Source: Candidatus Wolfebacteria bacterium GW2011_GWE2_44_13
Lineage (GTDB): Bacteria > Patescibacteriota > Minisyncoccia > UBA6257 > UBA9933
NCBI GenBank assembly: GCA_001000675.1
Contig: LCHW01000001.1
Span: forward strand, 68,013 to 132,012
Direction: 5' to 3'
Length of the DNA: 64,000 nt
Below are positions 17,505 through 26,094 of the stretch, in pieces. The notes under the pieces were generated by a model. The model saw nothing but the letters and a program-made list of their open reading frames with translations. It was not told the DNA's origin and made no database searches. The translations under genes were made by a program, and so were the position numbers. How positions within the stretch are numbered: position 1 is the first letter of the stretch; every line of letters starts with the position of its first letter.

Positions 17505-17981
17505 ATGAAAATATTAGGAATTGATCCAGGAACAACGCGTGCAGGGTATGGCGTTATAGAATCGCAAGGCAATTCTATAACATTGCTCGATAGTGGTCTA
17601 TTATCGGTAACTGCAAAAGAAACAGCGCAGCGCCTTGTTGAGCTTGCGAATTCATATCGTGAGCTACTTCGAAAAACAAATCCCGAACTCGTTGCTTTTG
17701 AAAAGTTATTTTTTGCGAAAAATGTAAAGACGGGCATGGACGTCGCCCAGGCGCGTGGAGTGCTGCTGCTCATCACTGCTGAAGCGGGAATACCATTTCT
17801 CGAATTGTCTCCTTCAGAAATTAAATTGCATATAGCGGGCAACGGCTCCGCTGACAAGCAAGCGGTAGCAACAATGGTAAAGCGTATTACGGGGCTTAAA
17901 ATTATCACTGGGCCTGACGACGTAACAGATGCCATCGCTATTGCTATTGTAGGGGCAAATTATTGGAAGTTCTCTGTTTAA
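17505..17981 (+). CDS. ruvC: Crossover junction endodeoxyribonuclease RuvC
   Basis: MKILGIDPGTTRAGYGVIE. Conserved yebC-ruvC synteny. Confidence 0.85.
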   Translation: MKILGIDPGTTRAGYGVIESQGNSITLLDSGLLSVTAKETAQRLVELANSYRELLRKTNPELVAFEKLFFAKNVKTGMDVAQARGVLLLITAEAGIPFLELSPSEIKLHIAGNGSADKQAVATMVKRITGLKIITGPDDVTDAIAIAIVGANYWKFSV

Positions 17982-18049
17982 TTTTGGGTGGTATATTTTA
18001 GTTGCAGCGAAGGCATATGCAGTTTTTTATTTATAGCAATAGTGTGATA

Positions 18050-18142
18050 AAATAAATGTGGTAAAATAAGTATCCTTACTCTAGTAGTCGCTTTTCTAAC
18101 GACACAGTAAATAGCCTCCTCGATTCGATGAGTGCCTAGTAA
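18050..18142 (+). pseudogene. Decayed remnant of a 19411-like small gene (3' end and intergenic leader), left by a tandem segmental duplication
   Basis: 18097-18176 aligns with 19696-19780, including ...aatagcctcctcgattcgatgagtgcctagtaa, which encodes NSLLDSMSA-stop, the C-terminus of the 19411 protein. The atgtggtaaaataa leader at 18054 matches 19392. Confidence 0.5.
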
Positions 18143-18154
18143 TTACTACACCCT

Positions 18155-19237
18155 ATGAAATCATCAAAATCACTCTCAATACTCCTATCCGTTATTGTTA
18201 CTACACTTACTGTTGTCTTTATTGTATCTGCGGACAATTGGACTCCACCTGCTGGAGAGCCTACGGCAAATAACACACCTGCGCCTATTCATGTTGGAGG
18301 GAATGCCCAATCTAAGTCAGGAGGGCTTATTGTGGGGGCTGGACTTTCTGCTTCGCAAAATGCATTGATTGTTCCTACGGGGAATGTGCTTGTGGGGACT
18401 ATTAATGGGCAAACGGCTCCTAATGGAGGGGGTGGAAATGTGGTTGCAAATGATTTCTATATTACAAGTATCGGTAAATGGGTGAGTCAGCTCTCTACTA
18501 ATGCACCTTTTTCGCAGGGAACACAGGTGTTTAATGAGACTGGAACATTCACTGTTCCTGAAGGCGTATACTCAGTTGAGGTAACCGCTTGGGGTGGAGG
18601 GGGAGGAGGGTTAGCTGCCTGCTTCGAAGCAGACCGGAATTCGCGTGACACGGGTGGGTCTGGAGGAGGTGGCGGGGCGTGGGCAAAAAAGGTTATCGCT
18701 GTTACGCCTACGGTTACCTATGATGTGGTAGTTGGCGGAGGAGGGGCAGGAGGAATAAGAGGAGGAAGTCGTGGTTGTGCCACAGGGGGGTCTGGGGGAA
18801 AAAGTTCATTCGGCGCTGATTTGCTCGTCGTAAAAGGAGGGGGTGCTGCGTCTTATGATGGGGGTCCAAACAATGACATCCTGAGGGGTGGAGCGGGAGG
18901 GGCTGCTACTGCCGGGGACGGCGAATCTTTGGCTGGAGAAAATGGAGGAGATGCAGATGGATTACCAGAGGGTGCGAGAGGCGGATCTTCTCCAAATGGA
19001 GGGGCTAAAACATCAAGGTCAACTGGCGTGGGGTCTTCAGGCTTTACTCCAGGAGGTGGCGGAGGTGGCGGAGCACTAACTGTTTTGACAGCCGGCTATT
19101 ATAATTCTGTAGAGAATGCCGATGTCCCTGGGTACTACAACCAAGAATGGGTTGCTCCTACATATACTTATCATGTAGGAGGCGCCGGTGCAAAAGGTAA
19201 GGTGATCGTTACTTGGGGCGGTGCAGTAGCACCGTAG
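18155..19237 (+). CDS. Secreted Gly-rich protein, paralog A of the NWTPP/NNTPAPINVG N-terminal-domain family
   Basis: Signal peptide with AxA cleavage (VSA/DNW). The mature N-terminus DNWTPPAGEPTANNTPAPIHVGGNAQSKSGGLIVGAGL...ALIVPTGNV is shared with 19760 and 24430. The rest is Gly-rich (GGGGG runs). Confidence 0.55.
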   Translation: MKSSKSLSILLSVIVTTLTVVFIVSADNWTPPAGEPTANNTPAPIHVGGNAQSKSGGLIVGAGLSASQNALIVPTGNVLVGTINGQTAPNGGGGNVVANDFYITSIGKWVSQLSTNAPFSQGTQVFNETGTFTVPEGVYSVEVTAWGGGGGGLAACFEADRNSRDTGGSGGGGGAWAKKVIAVTPTVTYDVVVGGGGAGGIRGGSRGCATGGSGGKSSFGADLLVVKGGGAASYDGGPNNDILRGGAGGAATAGDGESLAGENGGDADGLPEGARGGSSPNGGAKTSRSTGVGSSGFTPGGGGGGGALTVLTAGYYNSVENADVPGYYNQEWVAPTYTYHVGGAGAKGKVIVTWGGAVAP

Positions 19238-19351
19238 GAAACGGTGTTTCTAATGAAGCCGGTGGCTTTAAAAAAGGAATCGGCGGAAAAGTTGCAAATG
19301 GAAAAGTTATTTTGCAATGGTAACTAGCTAGAAGCGTTTTACTGCAAAACA

Positions 19352-19382
19352 AAAACACCAGCGCTCGCTGGTGTTTTTGTTT
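19352..19382 (+). terminator. Rho-independent terminator (family aacaccagcgc-N-cgctggtgtt, repeated three times in the island)
   Basis: Hairpin followed by tttttgttt. Near-identical copies at 20719 and 23390. Confidence 0.7.
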
Positions 19383-19410
19383 ATGCTCTCAATGTGGTAA
19401 AATAATTGCA

Positions 19411-19746
19411 ATGAGTTTTAAGGAAATAATAATAAAATATCGTATTGCTATCGTGATTGTAATAGTCGCGGTTACGCTTGCCATTTTTGGTATATATGTG
19501 ATGACGGGACGTAACGTTGCGCCGCCTATAGAAGAGCCCCCTCAATCTTCTGAACCCATTATTCTTACTCCTGAATTAACAAAAGTATTAATCAAGGAGA
19601 TGAGTGTTCCTACGACAACAGAGGTTCAAATGCCTAAAAATAAAATAGAGGAAGTTAAAAAAGAAATGTCAGTTGATCCTAAGAAAACTCCGCCAGTTTC
19701 TAGCGACACAATAAATAGCTTGCTCGATTCGATGAGTGCAAAGTAA
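19411..19746 (+). CDS. Small membrane-anchored hypothetical protein
   Basis: 111 aa with an N-terminal TM and a Pro/Glu-rich tail. A remnant paralog lies upstream at about 18.05-18.14 kb. Confidence 0.45.
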   Translation: MSFKEIIIKYRIAIVIVIVAVTLAIFGIYVMTGRNVAPPIEEPPQSSEPIILTPELTKVLIKEMSVPTTTEVQMPKNKIEEVKKEMSVDPKKTPPVSSDTINSLLDSMSAK

Positions 19747-19759
19747 TTATCACATCCTT

Positions 19760-20704
19760 ATGAAATCACCAAAACTACTTTCTCTTATATTATCAATTAT
19801 CATCACTACACTTGTAGTGTTTCTCGGTGTTTCTGCTGATTGGGCAGGTCCTGTAAGTGAACCACCAGATGGAAACGTAGCGGCTCCGATTAATATTGGA
19901 GGCAATGCACAATCAAAGTCTGGAGGTCTTATTGTTGGAGCAGGACTTACTGCTGCACAGACTGCACTTATTGTTCCTGCGGGGAATGTAGTCATCGGAA
20001 CGCTTACCCCAATAAATTCTGCTCCTAATGGAGCGGGAGGTAATGCGAGCGTAAACGATCTCTATATCCGCAGTATCGGTAAATGGGCTTCGCAGCTTTC
20101 TGTGGGTCCAGTTGCAGGGCCAGCTGCCTATTGCGGAGGAGTTGCATATGATGCGGAAAATGCGTATTGTCAAAACGACATTATTTATAACGTAGGGGAT
20201 TGGATTCCGCTCGACAACGACTCGAGCAACCAAACAGATCCAGCTGGAAATTGGTCAACACTTATAACAAAACAAGTAACATTTCCTGTTAAAACCTGTA
20301 AGCTAAAAGCACAGGCCGGCTTTAATGATGGAGGATTCGTTGCTGTTTTTGATGGCGCAGCTCGACTTGCCCTTTGGGAAAAGAATTTTACGATTGAAAA
20401 TATGGAAGCAGGTATCGGGCGGTTTTCTGTAAAAGATCAAAATAACCAAGCTTGCGGAGTTTCCGGTTTTGTTGACGGAGGGGACTATACACAGACTTTC
20501 TATACTTCCACTGCGCCCTATGTTGAGGGAGGGGTTTTGAAATGGTGCGGTTATGTTGCTTGGAGGAGTTCGGGAAGCGCTAATACGAATGAGTATACTG
20601 TTAGCAAAGCAAAGGGGACGACGGCAACTGTGTATTCGACGCATGCATTGGGGGATAGTGGAGATAATCATTCATACACGCTTTACGGCAAATATTGCAA
20701 TTAA
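19760..20704 (+). CDS. Secreted protein, paralog B of the conserved N-terminal-domain family
   Basis: Start MKSPKLLSLILSII by homology to MKSSKSLSILLSVI of paralog A. Mature N-terminus DWAGPVSEPPDGNVAAPINIGGNAQSKSGGLIVGAGLTAAQTALIVPAGNV. Unrelated Cys-containing C-terminal domain. Confidence 0.55.
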   Translation: MKSPKLLSLILSIIITTLVVFLGVSADWAGPVSEPPDGNVAAPINIGGNAQSKSGGLIVGAGLTAAQTALIVPAGNVVIGTLTPINSAPNGAGGNASVNDLYIRSIGKWASQLSVGPVAGPAAYCGGVAYDAENAYCQNDIIYNVGDWIPLDNDSSNQTDPAGNWSTLITKQVTFPVKTCKLKAQAGFNDGGFVAVFDGAARLALWEKNFTIENMEAGIGRFSVKDQNNQACGVSGFVDGGDYTQTFYTSTAPYVEGGVLKWCGYVAWRSSGSANTNEYTVSKAKGTTATVYSTHALGDSGDNHSYTLYGKYCN

Positions 20705-20718
20705 AGCGAGCTATAGCA

Positions 20719-20746
20719 AAACACCAGCGCGCGCTGGTGTTTTTTA
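20719..20746 (+). terminator. Rho-independent terminator (same family)
   Basis: aacaccagcgcgcgctggtgtt followed by ttttttat. Confidence 0.7.
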
Positions 20747-20948
20747 TCCGATTCGATTGCCATTACTATTGTAGGGGCAAATGGTGCAAAACTACGTGCG
20801 GTTCCATAAAAAGAGCCTAGAGCTCTTTTTATGAGGGGCGATTGTATATTCTACTCGGAAGATTTAAAATTAACAGTATTAACTAAAACATATAGCATCC
20901 TGTCGATTTAGCCACTAATTATAGGCTAAGTGCTCGATACCTCAAAAA

Positions 20949-21398
20949 ATGAAAAAAAATATAATCTTATCTATAGTAGGAGTACTCGTTGTAATCGGTA
21001 GCTTTCTTTTGGGAGCGTATATGATGACTCGATCGGCAGAAAATGCCCCAGCTGCTTCCGAGGAGACTGTAAATCAGAAATTTTCTGAAGAACAAATAAG
21101 TTCAATTACGGCGTTGACTCCGGGTAATATTGTATCCGGTCAGGTGATTACGATAGGAAGTAATGAATTAGATATTTCTGTCGCGATAGAAAATGTGTTT
21201 GATGAGTTAGCAGACCCACAGATGACCACGGTAAAAGTGCCTGTTAATAAACAGGATGTGATTAGTAGGCTCGTGAATGATCCAGAAGCCTTCATTTTTA
21301 AGCAAACCATCATGCCGCTTAGCGAAATAAAAATCGGGGACTATGCAACGGTGAAGGTACTTGATGACAAAAAAGTAATTTTTGTAACCTCACAATAA
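20949..21398 (+). CDS. Membrane-anchored hypothetical protein
   Basis: 149 aa, N-terminal TM. The stop overlaps the next start (ATGA). Confidence 0.4.
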   Translation: MKKNIILSIVGVLVVIGSFLLGAYMMTRSAENAPAASEETVNQKFSEEQISSITALTPGNIVSGQVITIGSNELDISVAIENVFDELADPQMTTVKVPVNKQDVISRLVNDPEAFIFKQTIMPLSEIKIGDYATVKVLDDKKVIFVTSQ

Positions 21399-23281
21399 TG
21401 AAAAAATATACTATATCATTTCTATTAGTAGCTCTGACGGTTACGATGATACCCGTAACGTCTTTTGCTGCTATTGATTGGTTCCAGAGTCCTTCTCTTG
21501 TGTACCCGACCAGGCCCGGCCATTTTATTAATAGCGATTTATTAAAAGATAAGGCGAGCTTGCCGTTAGACACACCGCTAACAACTACGCGCGTGGTTAA
21601 TTTACTGAATAGTATACCGAGTACGAATGGAGTTGATGGGGTAACTCCTATTATATCGAAGATGGTAGGTGTTTCCTCTGCAACTCCTGATGCGGTATCG
21701 TTTTTTCGAAAAACATATGGATTTAAAAATAACCAAGCGGCGTATTTGCCTATAGAGGCTACGGATACAGAGGGAATTGCTTATTTATACCAACCACCTT
21801 TGCCAGCTCCAAAGGCTGATACTACGGAGCTTATTACGGCAACCTCATCTATTAGGGTTAACGGGAAGGACAAAGTTGTTACAAAGTATTATCTTAAGCA
21901 GACGTTTATTAAAAACGATTTAACTAAAATAGTTAAAAAGGAAAAGAATCTTTTTATTAAATATAAGGACGAAAATAATGTAGATATTATTGATTATCGC
22001 AATATCTTACAAGAAATAACCTCGTTTACCTATACACGGTATACGCCTGTTACGGAGATACTTAAAGGAGATAAAACCCCCACTCCAACATGCGTAGTGA
22101 CGGGGTATGATGATAGTGGGGAGATCACGGAATGTACTAGCCCTGATGTAGTGGCATACGTCGATGGGAAAACATATGCCGGTTATGCAGTGACTGGTTT
22201 GGTGTGGAAGCGTAATGCGGATAAAAAAGCGCTTGACCCGTTGCTTCCTTTTGGAATCCCCTTTGGGATTACGGAAGCATTTTCCCCTACGTACTCCACG
22301 GTTGCCTCTCCGCAGGCTCCTGAAATGACCGCATCAATTACGAGACCGCTTAATAGTGATATCATATGGCGGGGAAATCCTAATTGCGTTACAGATACAG
22401 ATAAAGATTGGAATAAAACAACTGTTACTATCGCCTGCACTATGCGTGCAATAGCTGCCGATGGGCGTATTGGGTCTGGTAATTTCTATCAGAGAGAAAG
22501 CAGTGGGGGCTTTCTGGGTGGATGGATGGGGGATATATTCTCTCTCTCGTTTACGGCAGGGCTAGCAGAAATCGCAGGGCTGCCTCCATTTGGTGGATTT
22601 GTGACTGGGGACTTCTTTTCTAACGACCCCTTTATACAACTAGCAGGTATCCCAAGGGCACTGGGGACAGTCCAATCCTTGTATAATGTTGGAGGGGTGC
22701 CTTGGACATGGACGTGGACTAGCCGGTTTAATGTGCAGGAGGATAAGGATATTCCACAAGTCACACTTCGAGCTAGGGGACAATTGTCAGATCTTGATGT
22801 TTGGGTGCCAAATAATGCGGTTGTGTTAGATTGGACATCGCAGAATGTTAAACCAACGTGTAACGTTTCCGGAAATTGGTCTGGAACGAGAGCGAATAAG
22901 GGTACGCAGTTATTAGGAAAATTGCCGAGAACAGGTGCTAAGCCAAATGAGGCAAAGCAGTATACCTATACAATAAGTTGTGTAGATATAAATTCAACCG
23001 CAACCGTTTCGTCGAGTGTTTCGGTCAATGTTTGGCCGGCTACCCTCAAGCTTCCTATACCAACTAATGGTTCTTGTGGGGATTCGCATAAAAAAGTTAT
23101 TGCTTCTACTCCCGTTTCTGGTCTTTGTGTGGTTGGGTCTGCCTCGTCTGTAACTGGTACTGACCCGTGGACTTGGACTTGTTATGGGGCAGATGGAGGC
23201 TCGGACGCTTCTTGTGAGGCTTCATCATCTAATTCGACTTCTACTAAAGTGCGTATTATCGAGACAAACCCTGGAGAATAA
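21398..23281 (+). CDS. Large secreted hypothetical protein with a C-terminal 4-Cys domain ending ...KVRIIETNPGE
   Basis: 627 aa with a signal peptide (SFA/AIDW). The C-terminal tail motif is shared with the 23479 protein. Confidence 0.45.
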   Translation: MKKYTISFLLVALTVTMIPVTSFAAIDWFQSPSLVYPTRPGHFINSDLLKDKASLPLDTPLTTTRVVNLLNSIPSTNGVDGVTPIISKMVGVSSATPDAVSFFRKTYGFKNNQAAYLPIEATDTEGIAYLYQPPLPAPKADTTELITATSSIRVNGKDKVVTKYYLKQTFIKNDLTKIVKKEKNLFIKYKDENNVDIIDYRNILQEITSFTYTRYTPVTEILKGDKTPTPTCVVTGYDDSGEITECTSPDVVAYVDGKTYAGYAVTGLVWKRNADKKALDPLLPFGIPFGITEAFSPTYSTVASPQAPEMTASITRPLNSDIIWRGNPNCVTDTDKDWNKTTVTIACTMRAIAADGRIGSGNFYQRESSGGFLGGWMGDIFSLSFTAGLAEIAGLPPFGGFVTGDFFSNDPFIQLAGIPRALGTVQSLYNVGGVPWTWTWTSRFNVQEDKDIPQVTLRARGQLSDLDVWVPNNAVVLDWTSQNVKPTCNVSGNWSGTRANKGTQLLGKLPRTGAKPNEAKQYTYTISCVDINSTATVSSSVSVNVWPATLKLPIPTNGSCGDSHKKVIASTPVSGLCVVGSASSVTGTDPWTWTCYGADGGSDASCEASSSNSTSTKVRIIETNPGE

Positions 23282-23389
23282 AAATAATTAATCTTGTGTT
23301 CCGTAAGGTGGGGTAGTCATAGATATTTTGTTCCTATGTAGTGTGTTGTATCTAGTTTGGTCGATAGAAGTCATAAAATTAAAAACAAA

Positions 23390-23423
23390 CCTTAAAACAC
23401 CGGCGCATGCTGGTGTTTTAAGG
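23390..23423 (+). terminator. Rho-independent terminator (same family)
   Basis: ccttaaaacaccggcgcatgctggtgttttaagg. Confidence 0.65.
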
Positions 23424-23478
23424 TTGAGGGGTTTTATGGTAGAATAAATGTAGTAATCATATATAGTATTTAATCATT

Positions 23479-24387
23479 ATGAAAAAAATTGATATCCGAA
23501 AAAACAGTTATCTTTTGTTCGGATTTGCTTGTGGTGTCACGCTTTTTGCGGCATACATAATAGCATTTGGTGGTTTTGAAGCACGTAACGATGGGCCTCT
23601 TGCTTCTGCACAAGAAGCCCCGTTTGTAGTTCCTCCAACCGACCCCTCTGTGCGTGGATGGATGTGGTCTTCAAATATCGGATGGATTAGCTTTGATTGT
23701 CGAGATGGAGGACGGTGCGGTACCGGAGCTGGTCAGGCTAATTATGCGTCGCCTATCAATCTGACTACGGGGGTAGTGTCGGGATATGCATGGTCTTCGA
23801 ATATTGGATGGATTAAAATGAACCCAACGGGAGCGTATCCTTCTGCGCCTAACCATGGATTGCAGGCGGACATAAATACGGGGGTTTTATCTGGTTGGAT
23901 GCGTGCCTGTAGCGGCGCGGCAAATGCTAACTGTACTGGAGGAGCTGTCGATGGATGGGACGGGTGGATTAAAGTGTATGATGCAAAAATTTCTAGTGGA
24001 GGGTACATTACGAACACCGTAGGTACTAGTGGGGGATGGATGTGGGGCGGCGATGTTGTCGGTTGGGTAAAAACCTCTGACATTATTGGAACTATTGGGA
24101 CTTCGTTCCCTGTTGCAGATTGTGCATTTAGAGCAACGCCTCCTTCAATCATGCCCCCACAATCAGTTAAATTGGAGTGGATTTGTAATGATGCTACGCA
24201 GCAAAATTCGTGCAGCATCGATAATGGTGGTGGATCTAATTTACCAACATCGGGAAACGTTGTTATGCGCCCAACTGAAACAACTCCTTACGTATTAACA
24301 TGCCAAGGATTTGGTGGTCCAGTGATAAAGAATTTGCCAGTTACTATAACAAAAACAAAGATTATTGAAGTGCGTCCTGGGCAGTAA
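23479..24387 (+). CDS. Membrane-anchored protein with SSNIGWI / GW-containing repeats and a C-terminal Cys domain ending ...KIIEVRPGQ
   Basis: Repeats GWMWSSNIGWISFDC / GYAWSSNIGWIKMNP / GWDGWIKVYD / GWMWGGDVVGWVKTSD. C-terminal tail similar to the 21398 protein. Confidence 0.45.
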   Translation: MKKIDIRKNSYLLFGFACGVTLFAAYIIAFGGFEARNDGPLASAQEAPFVVPPTDPSVRGWMWSSNIGWISFDCRDGGRCGTGAGQANYASPINLTTGVVSGYAWSSNIGWIKMNPTGAYPSAPNHGLQADINTGVLSGWMRACSGAANANCTGGAVDGWDGWIKVYDAKISSGGYITNTVGTSGGWMWGGDVVGWVKTSDIIGTIGTSFPVADCAFRATPPSIMPPQSVKLEWICNDATQQNSCSIDNGGGSNLPTSGNVVMRPTETTPYVLTCQGFGGPVIKNLPVTITKTKIIEVRPGQ

Positions 24388-24429
24388 GATTCTTTTCGAA
24401 ACACAGCCGTAATCTAAAGTTACTAATAT

Positions 24430-25422
24430 ATGCATACATCAAAATTTATTACGTATTTCATAGCAGTGGTCCTTACGGTCGGTATCGGTGCTGCGCTTGC
24501 TACTGCAGCAAATTGGACGCCACCTACTCAAGAGCCTCCGGCAAATAATACTCCTGCGCCAATTAATGTTGGGCCTACTGCTCTACAAACAATAGACGGC
24601 GCACTTACGGTGAAGGGGCTTATCGAAACAACAACAGCCTTAGGAGGTATTAAATTTCCCGACGGAACGATTCAAAAAACAGCTGCTGTTACAACAAATG
24701 TGGGCGGAGAGGGTTGCTATCCGATGGCCGGGAATAACTGTCTCGTAGGATATTATATGAGTGGTATTGCTACGTGCTGTCCCCTTGATGCAAATAAAGC
24801 ATTCACTCCGGGGGTTTGGTTCCTTAATAAGCTTGCCGTTTCTTATCCACGTGAACAAACGTATAACAATGTATGGTCTCCTAAGAAAACTGATTCGTTT
24901 GTCGCACAATATGCGATTAATAAAATTCGTATAAAGGGTTCCGCTGATGACGGTGGCTATTGTTACGCGTATTGGGGCACTGGACATGCACAAACAAGTC
25001 GTAATACTGGCGCAAGCGGATTGTTTACGGTAGATGGTAAATGGTATGGAGCTCCAAATGCGGGGCAATGGTTCAGCAACACTGTGAATGGTGCCTGTCC
25101 GCAAAGTTTAAATCCATATCCGGGCAGCCCTCATTTTACGAAGATTCCTGTGTGTGATAATGTCGACTGGGAAGGCTATTGCACGGACCCTGAGCAAGCC
25201 TACGGTTGTGGATTTACTCGCTGTCCGTTTGGAGCAAATACATTTGACGATACAGGAAATGCGAAAATATGCGCAACAAACTATGATTCTGGTAATATGA
25301 CGACGATTGTCGAAGATGTTGTTATCCCTGCTGGGGCAACGGTTACTTTGCAAGGGCGACATGCAAACGGGTGGCGACATGGCTATCTTAGCTGCGCACT
25401 TGATTTCCAATACACTCCTTAA
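24430..25422 (+). CDS. Secreted protein, paralog C of the conserved N-terminal-domain family, with a Cys-rich C-terminal domain
   Basis: Mature N-terminus ANWTPPTQEPPANNTPAPINVG matches paralog A almost residue for residue. About 16 Cys downstream. Confidence 0.55.
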   Translation: MHTSKFITYFIAVVLTVGIGAALATAANWTPPTQEPPANNTPAPINVGPTALQTIDGALTVKGLIETTTALGGIKFPDGTIQKTAAVTTNVGGEGCYPMAGNNCLVGYYMSGIATCCPLDANKAFTPGVWFLNKLAVSYPREQTYNNVWSPKKTDSFVAQYAINKIRIKGSADDGGYCYAYWGTGHAQTSRNTGASGLFTVDGKWYGAPNAGQWFSNTVNGACPQSLNPYPGSPHFTKIPVCDNVDWEGYCTDPEQAYGCGFTRCPFGANTFDDTGNAKICATNYDSGNMTTIVEDVVIPAGATVTLQGRHANGWRHGYLSCALDFQYTP

Positions 25423-25448
25423 TAATTAGTATTTTACTATATAACGAT

Positions 25449-25964
25449 ATGGAACAAAAATTAGTAAATAAAATTTTGATTGTCGGTGTTGTTTTGAGTT
25501 GCCTTGTTTCGATAGGATTAATTATATTTGTGCTGAGGGCATATCAAAAAGAGGCGACAGTGGTGGAAACAAAAGAAGATACTACGCCAATAACCACTCA
25601 AATTGTTGATTCGGGCCCAGTATCATTCGTTGGTTTTGTTGGCAAGCCTGTATCGACTACGGTGGGGCTGGATAACGGAAACAAGATAATCGAATTACGA
25701 GGACATACTACGCAAAATACAAATAAGGCGTATGAATCTGTTTTAGATACAGATATGATGACGCGTAGAATTATTATTAATCCAGATACGCAAGTACGCC
25801 GCATTACTCAAAAGAACCAAATACCAGAGGTTAATGGTATTGAATTTAATGAGCTTACTTCTGCCGTGACTACAGATGTGTACATCGCTTCATATGAGGC
25901 AAAAGAAGGGGAGGAAATAACGGAAACAACCCCAGCCCATTCTATTGTCATCTTTGCCAAGTAA
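25449..25964 (+). CDS. Membrane-anchored hypothetical protein
   Basis: 171 aa with an N-terminal TM helix. Confidence 0.4.
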   Translation: MEQKLVNKILIVGVVLSCLVSIGLIIFVLRAYQKEATVVETKEDTTPITTQIVDSGPVSFVGFVGKPVSTTVGLDNGNKIIELRGHTTQNTNKAYESVLDTDMMTRRIIINPDTQVRRITQKNQIPEVNGIEFNELTSAVTTDVYIASYEAKEGEEITETTPAHSIVIFAK

Positions 25965-25978
25965 GGACTTATAAAAGG

Positions 25979-26037
25979 TTGACTCTTCCACAGAGTGTGG
26001 TATAGTAGTTATAGAAATTCCGCACTTGTGCGGTTTT
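25979..26037 (+). promoter_or_regulatory. Promoter (TTGACT-16-TATAGT) followed by a leader hairpin-terminator (ccgcacttgtgcgg + TTTTT); possible attenuator upstream of nusA
   Basis: Hexamers at 25979-25984 and 26001-26006. Stem-loop 26020-26032 plus a U-run lies inside the predicted leader, before the nusA ATG at 26095. Confidence 0.4.
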
Positions 26038-26094
26038 TCTATTATACGGATAAAAGCGTATAATAAAGTAATAATTAAATAACAATTAAATAAC

